DNA of 63,471 nucleotides, counting the filler, from Octopus bimaculoides (taxonomy: Eukaryota), in NCBI RefSeq assembly GCF_001194135.2. It is 6 parts of 6 records of this genome, joined end to end, with 100 filler letters (N's around TTAATTAATTAA, not from the genome) between each part and the next. Parts side by side here need not be neighbours in the genome. Positions count along the whole stretch, not along the records: positions 61,710 to 63,471 come from NW_026331798.1; 5 more parts are not named here. One strand, written 5' to 3'. Shown one piece after another: positions 61,770 to 63,471 of this stretch. A program made the position numbers and the translations under genes. Every line of letters begins with the position of its first letter. Within the stretch, counting starts at the first letter, position 1. Under the pieces are notes generated by a model. The model did no database searches. It was not told where the DNA came from and saw only the letters and a program-made list of their open reading frames with translations.

Positions 61770-62212
61770 TATGTATGTACCCACACGTGGCTACGCGCAG
61801 AAGTACACCATGATGTATACACACGCAGACGAGGGTAGATTTATATGAAAACGAAAGTAAACAAAATGAAATCCTTATAGAAAATATTGCACAGAATTTG
61901 TGAAGTGTTTCGCCACTATAGGTATTTATACTCCGGTGAAATTAAGAAATCAACTCGTAAATAAACAAAACCCTCGAATCCATGAGTGTGTACACACACA
62001 CACACACAGTCGCATATCTATGTATTTATGTATGTTTTGAAGATAATCAAACCAAAATTTAATGAGTTCGAGCCATTCATCCAATGAGTATTTCTGCCAA
62101 TTTTGGTGAAAATCCGTTCAGCCGTTTTACAGTAATTTTGCAAACACCCAGAGAAACAGACAAGACGAGTGATTACAATACCCTGCTTTCGCTTACGCGC
62201 GCAGGTTAATTA
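61770..62212 (+). mobile_element. Probable Helentron-associated non-autonomous element (HINE/DINE-like)
   Basis: CCAATTTTGGTGAAAATCCGTTCAGCCGTTTT motif, internal (CA)n/(TATG)n, and a terminal hairpin ACCCTGC...GCAGGTT. The family assignment is from recalled motifs. Confidence 0.45.
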
Positions 62213-63164
62213 TGGGATTAATGGATTAATGAGCAGCTTAACCTTGTTATTTATACGAAAAATTACAGTTAAGGAGTGCAGAGTCCTCCGTTGACTTTGC
62301 ATTTTACCGACCAAGTACTCGAAGCAATAACAATAACAGAAGATTGGCTTCAATATTGGTTTAGATATTGATTATAACTTCCAGGTATATACAGCGGGCG
62401 ATCAAATCGCTTGTGTATTATATAATTTCGGCACAAAACAAATCAGTCGCAGCGCAAAGTTCAACACGACGGGTTGGGAATCTCTGCCAGTGCAGAATCT
62501 GGTCCACGTGAGTCCAAGTACTTAAATGTAGGTTGGGAAATTTTCTTAGTCCGTTTGCCTTCAGATGGTTGATTTCTGTAATTATTATCAGTGTATTTTG
62601 GCGATTTAGATAAGAGTTTCGACTATTATTTCCAGCAGGTAAACATACTTAGTATGTCCTTTGATATATATATATATATATCTATATATATANNNNNNNN
62701 NNNNNNNNNNNNNNNNNNNNNNNNNNNNNNNNNNNNNNNNNNNNNNNNNNNNNNNNNNNNNNNNNNNNNNNNNNNNNNNNNNNNNNNNNNNNNNNNNNNN
62801 NNNNNNNNNNNNNNNNNNNNNNNNNNNNNNNNNNNNNNNNNNNNNNNNNNNNNNNNNNNNNNNNNNNNNNNNNNNNNNNNNNNNNNNNNNNNNNNNNNNN
62901 NNNNNNNNNNNNNNNNNNNNNNNNNNNNNNNNNNNNNNNNNNNNNNNNNNNNNNNNNNNNNNNNNNNNNNNNNNNNNNNNNNNNNNNNNNNNNNNNNNNN
63001 NNNNNNNNNNNNNNNNNNNNNNNNNNNNNNNNNNNNNNNNNNNNNNNNNNNNNNNNNNNNNNNNNNNNNNNNNNNNNNNNNNNNNNNNNNNNNNNNNNNN
63101 NNNNNNNNNNNNNNNNNNNNNNNNNNNNNNNNNNNNNNNNNNNNNNNNNNNNNNNNNNNNNNNN

Positions 63165-63209
<45 letters not shown>

Positions 63210-63284
63210 AAGATAGTGAACAAAAAAGATAGCAATATAGTGATGCACACACACATACATACACAGACACACACACACATATCG

Positions 63285-63420
63285 GCGTAGCTTTTTGGTA
63301 AGATGTATGCTTCTTAACCACATGGCTCCTGGTTCAATCACACTGTGAGTGGCACCACCGCCAAGTGTCTTCCGCTACAGCTCCAGGCCAACCAAGTCCT
63401 TGTGAGTAGATTTGGTCTGT
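63285..63420 (+). mobile_element. Diverged family-A SINE head
   Basis: GGCGTAGC...TGGTAAGATG...GGTTCAATCACACTG...CCAAGTGTCTT. Confidence 0.65.
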
Positions 63421-63471
63421 CTATGTATATATATATATATACATACTAGCCTGTATAGTCTGGCTAAGTCA

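Overview
Eukaryotic, AT-rich, microsatellite- and SINE-dense DNA; the repeat content looks like a coleoid cephalopod (Octopus-like), which is an inference. The window is not one continuous contig: five 100-bp spacers (44 N + TTAATTAATTAA + 44 N) join six segments, and there are many ordinary N gaps. Three coding units are supported, all on the + strand. (1) Ten phase-consistent exons (17027-30114, about 559 aa) of an ABCB-family half transporter with a long N-terminal membrane extension; the nucleotide-binding-domain exons are not in the window. (2) Nine phase-consistent exons (46152-56760) of an ADAMTS2/3/14-clade metalloprotease (catalytic, disintegrin-like, TSR1, start of the Cys-rich domain). 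(3) An uninterrupted Cys-rich ORF (59787-61609) of 37-aa six-cysteine VWC/pacifastin-like modules in a 4-module, 444-bp higher-order repeat. The rest is R4/Dong and RTE LINE fragments, several tRNA-headed SINE families, a mariner MITE, a probable HINE, foldback repeats and microsatellites. The most interesting signal is a tRNA-headed (Pol III-type) SINE family that carries a minimal type I hammerhead ribozyme with a palindromic stem III (three copies with the full motif, one truncated), plus degenerate hammerheads from two other repeat families. All structures were read by eye; no searches or folding programs were run.
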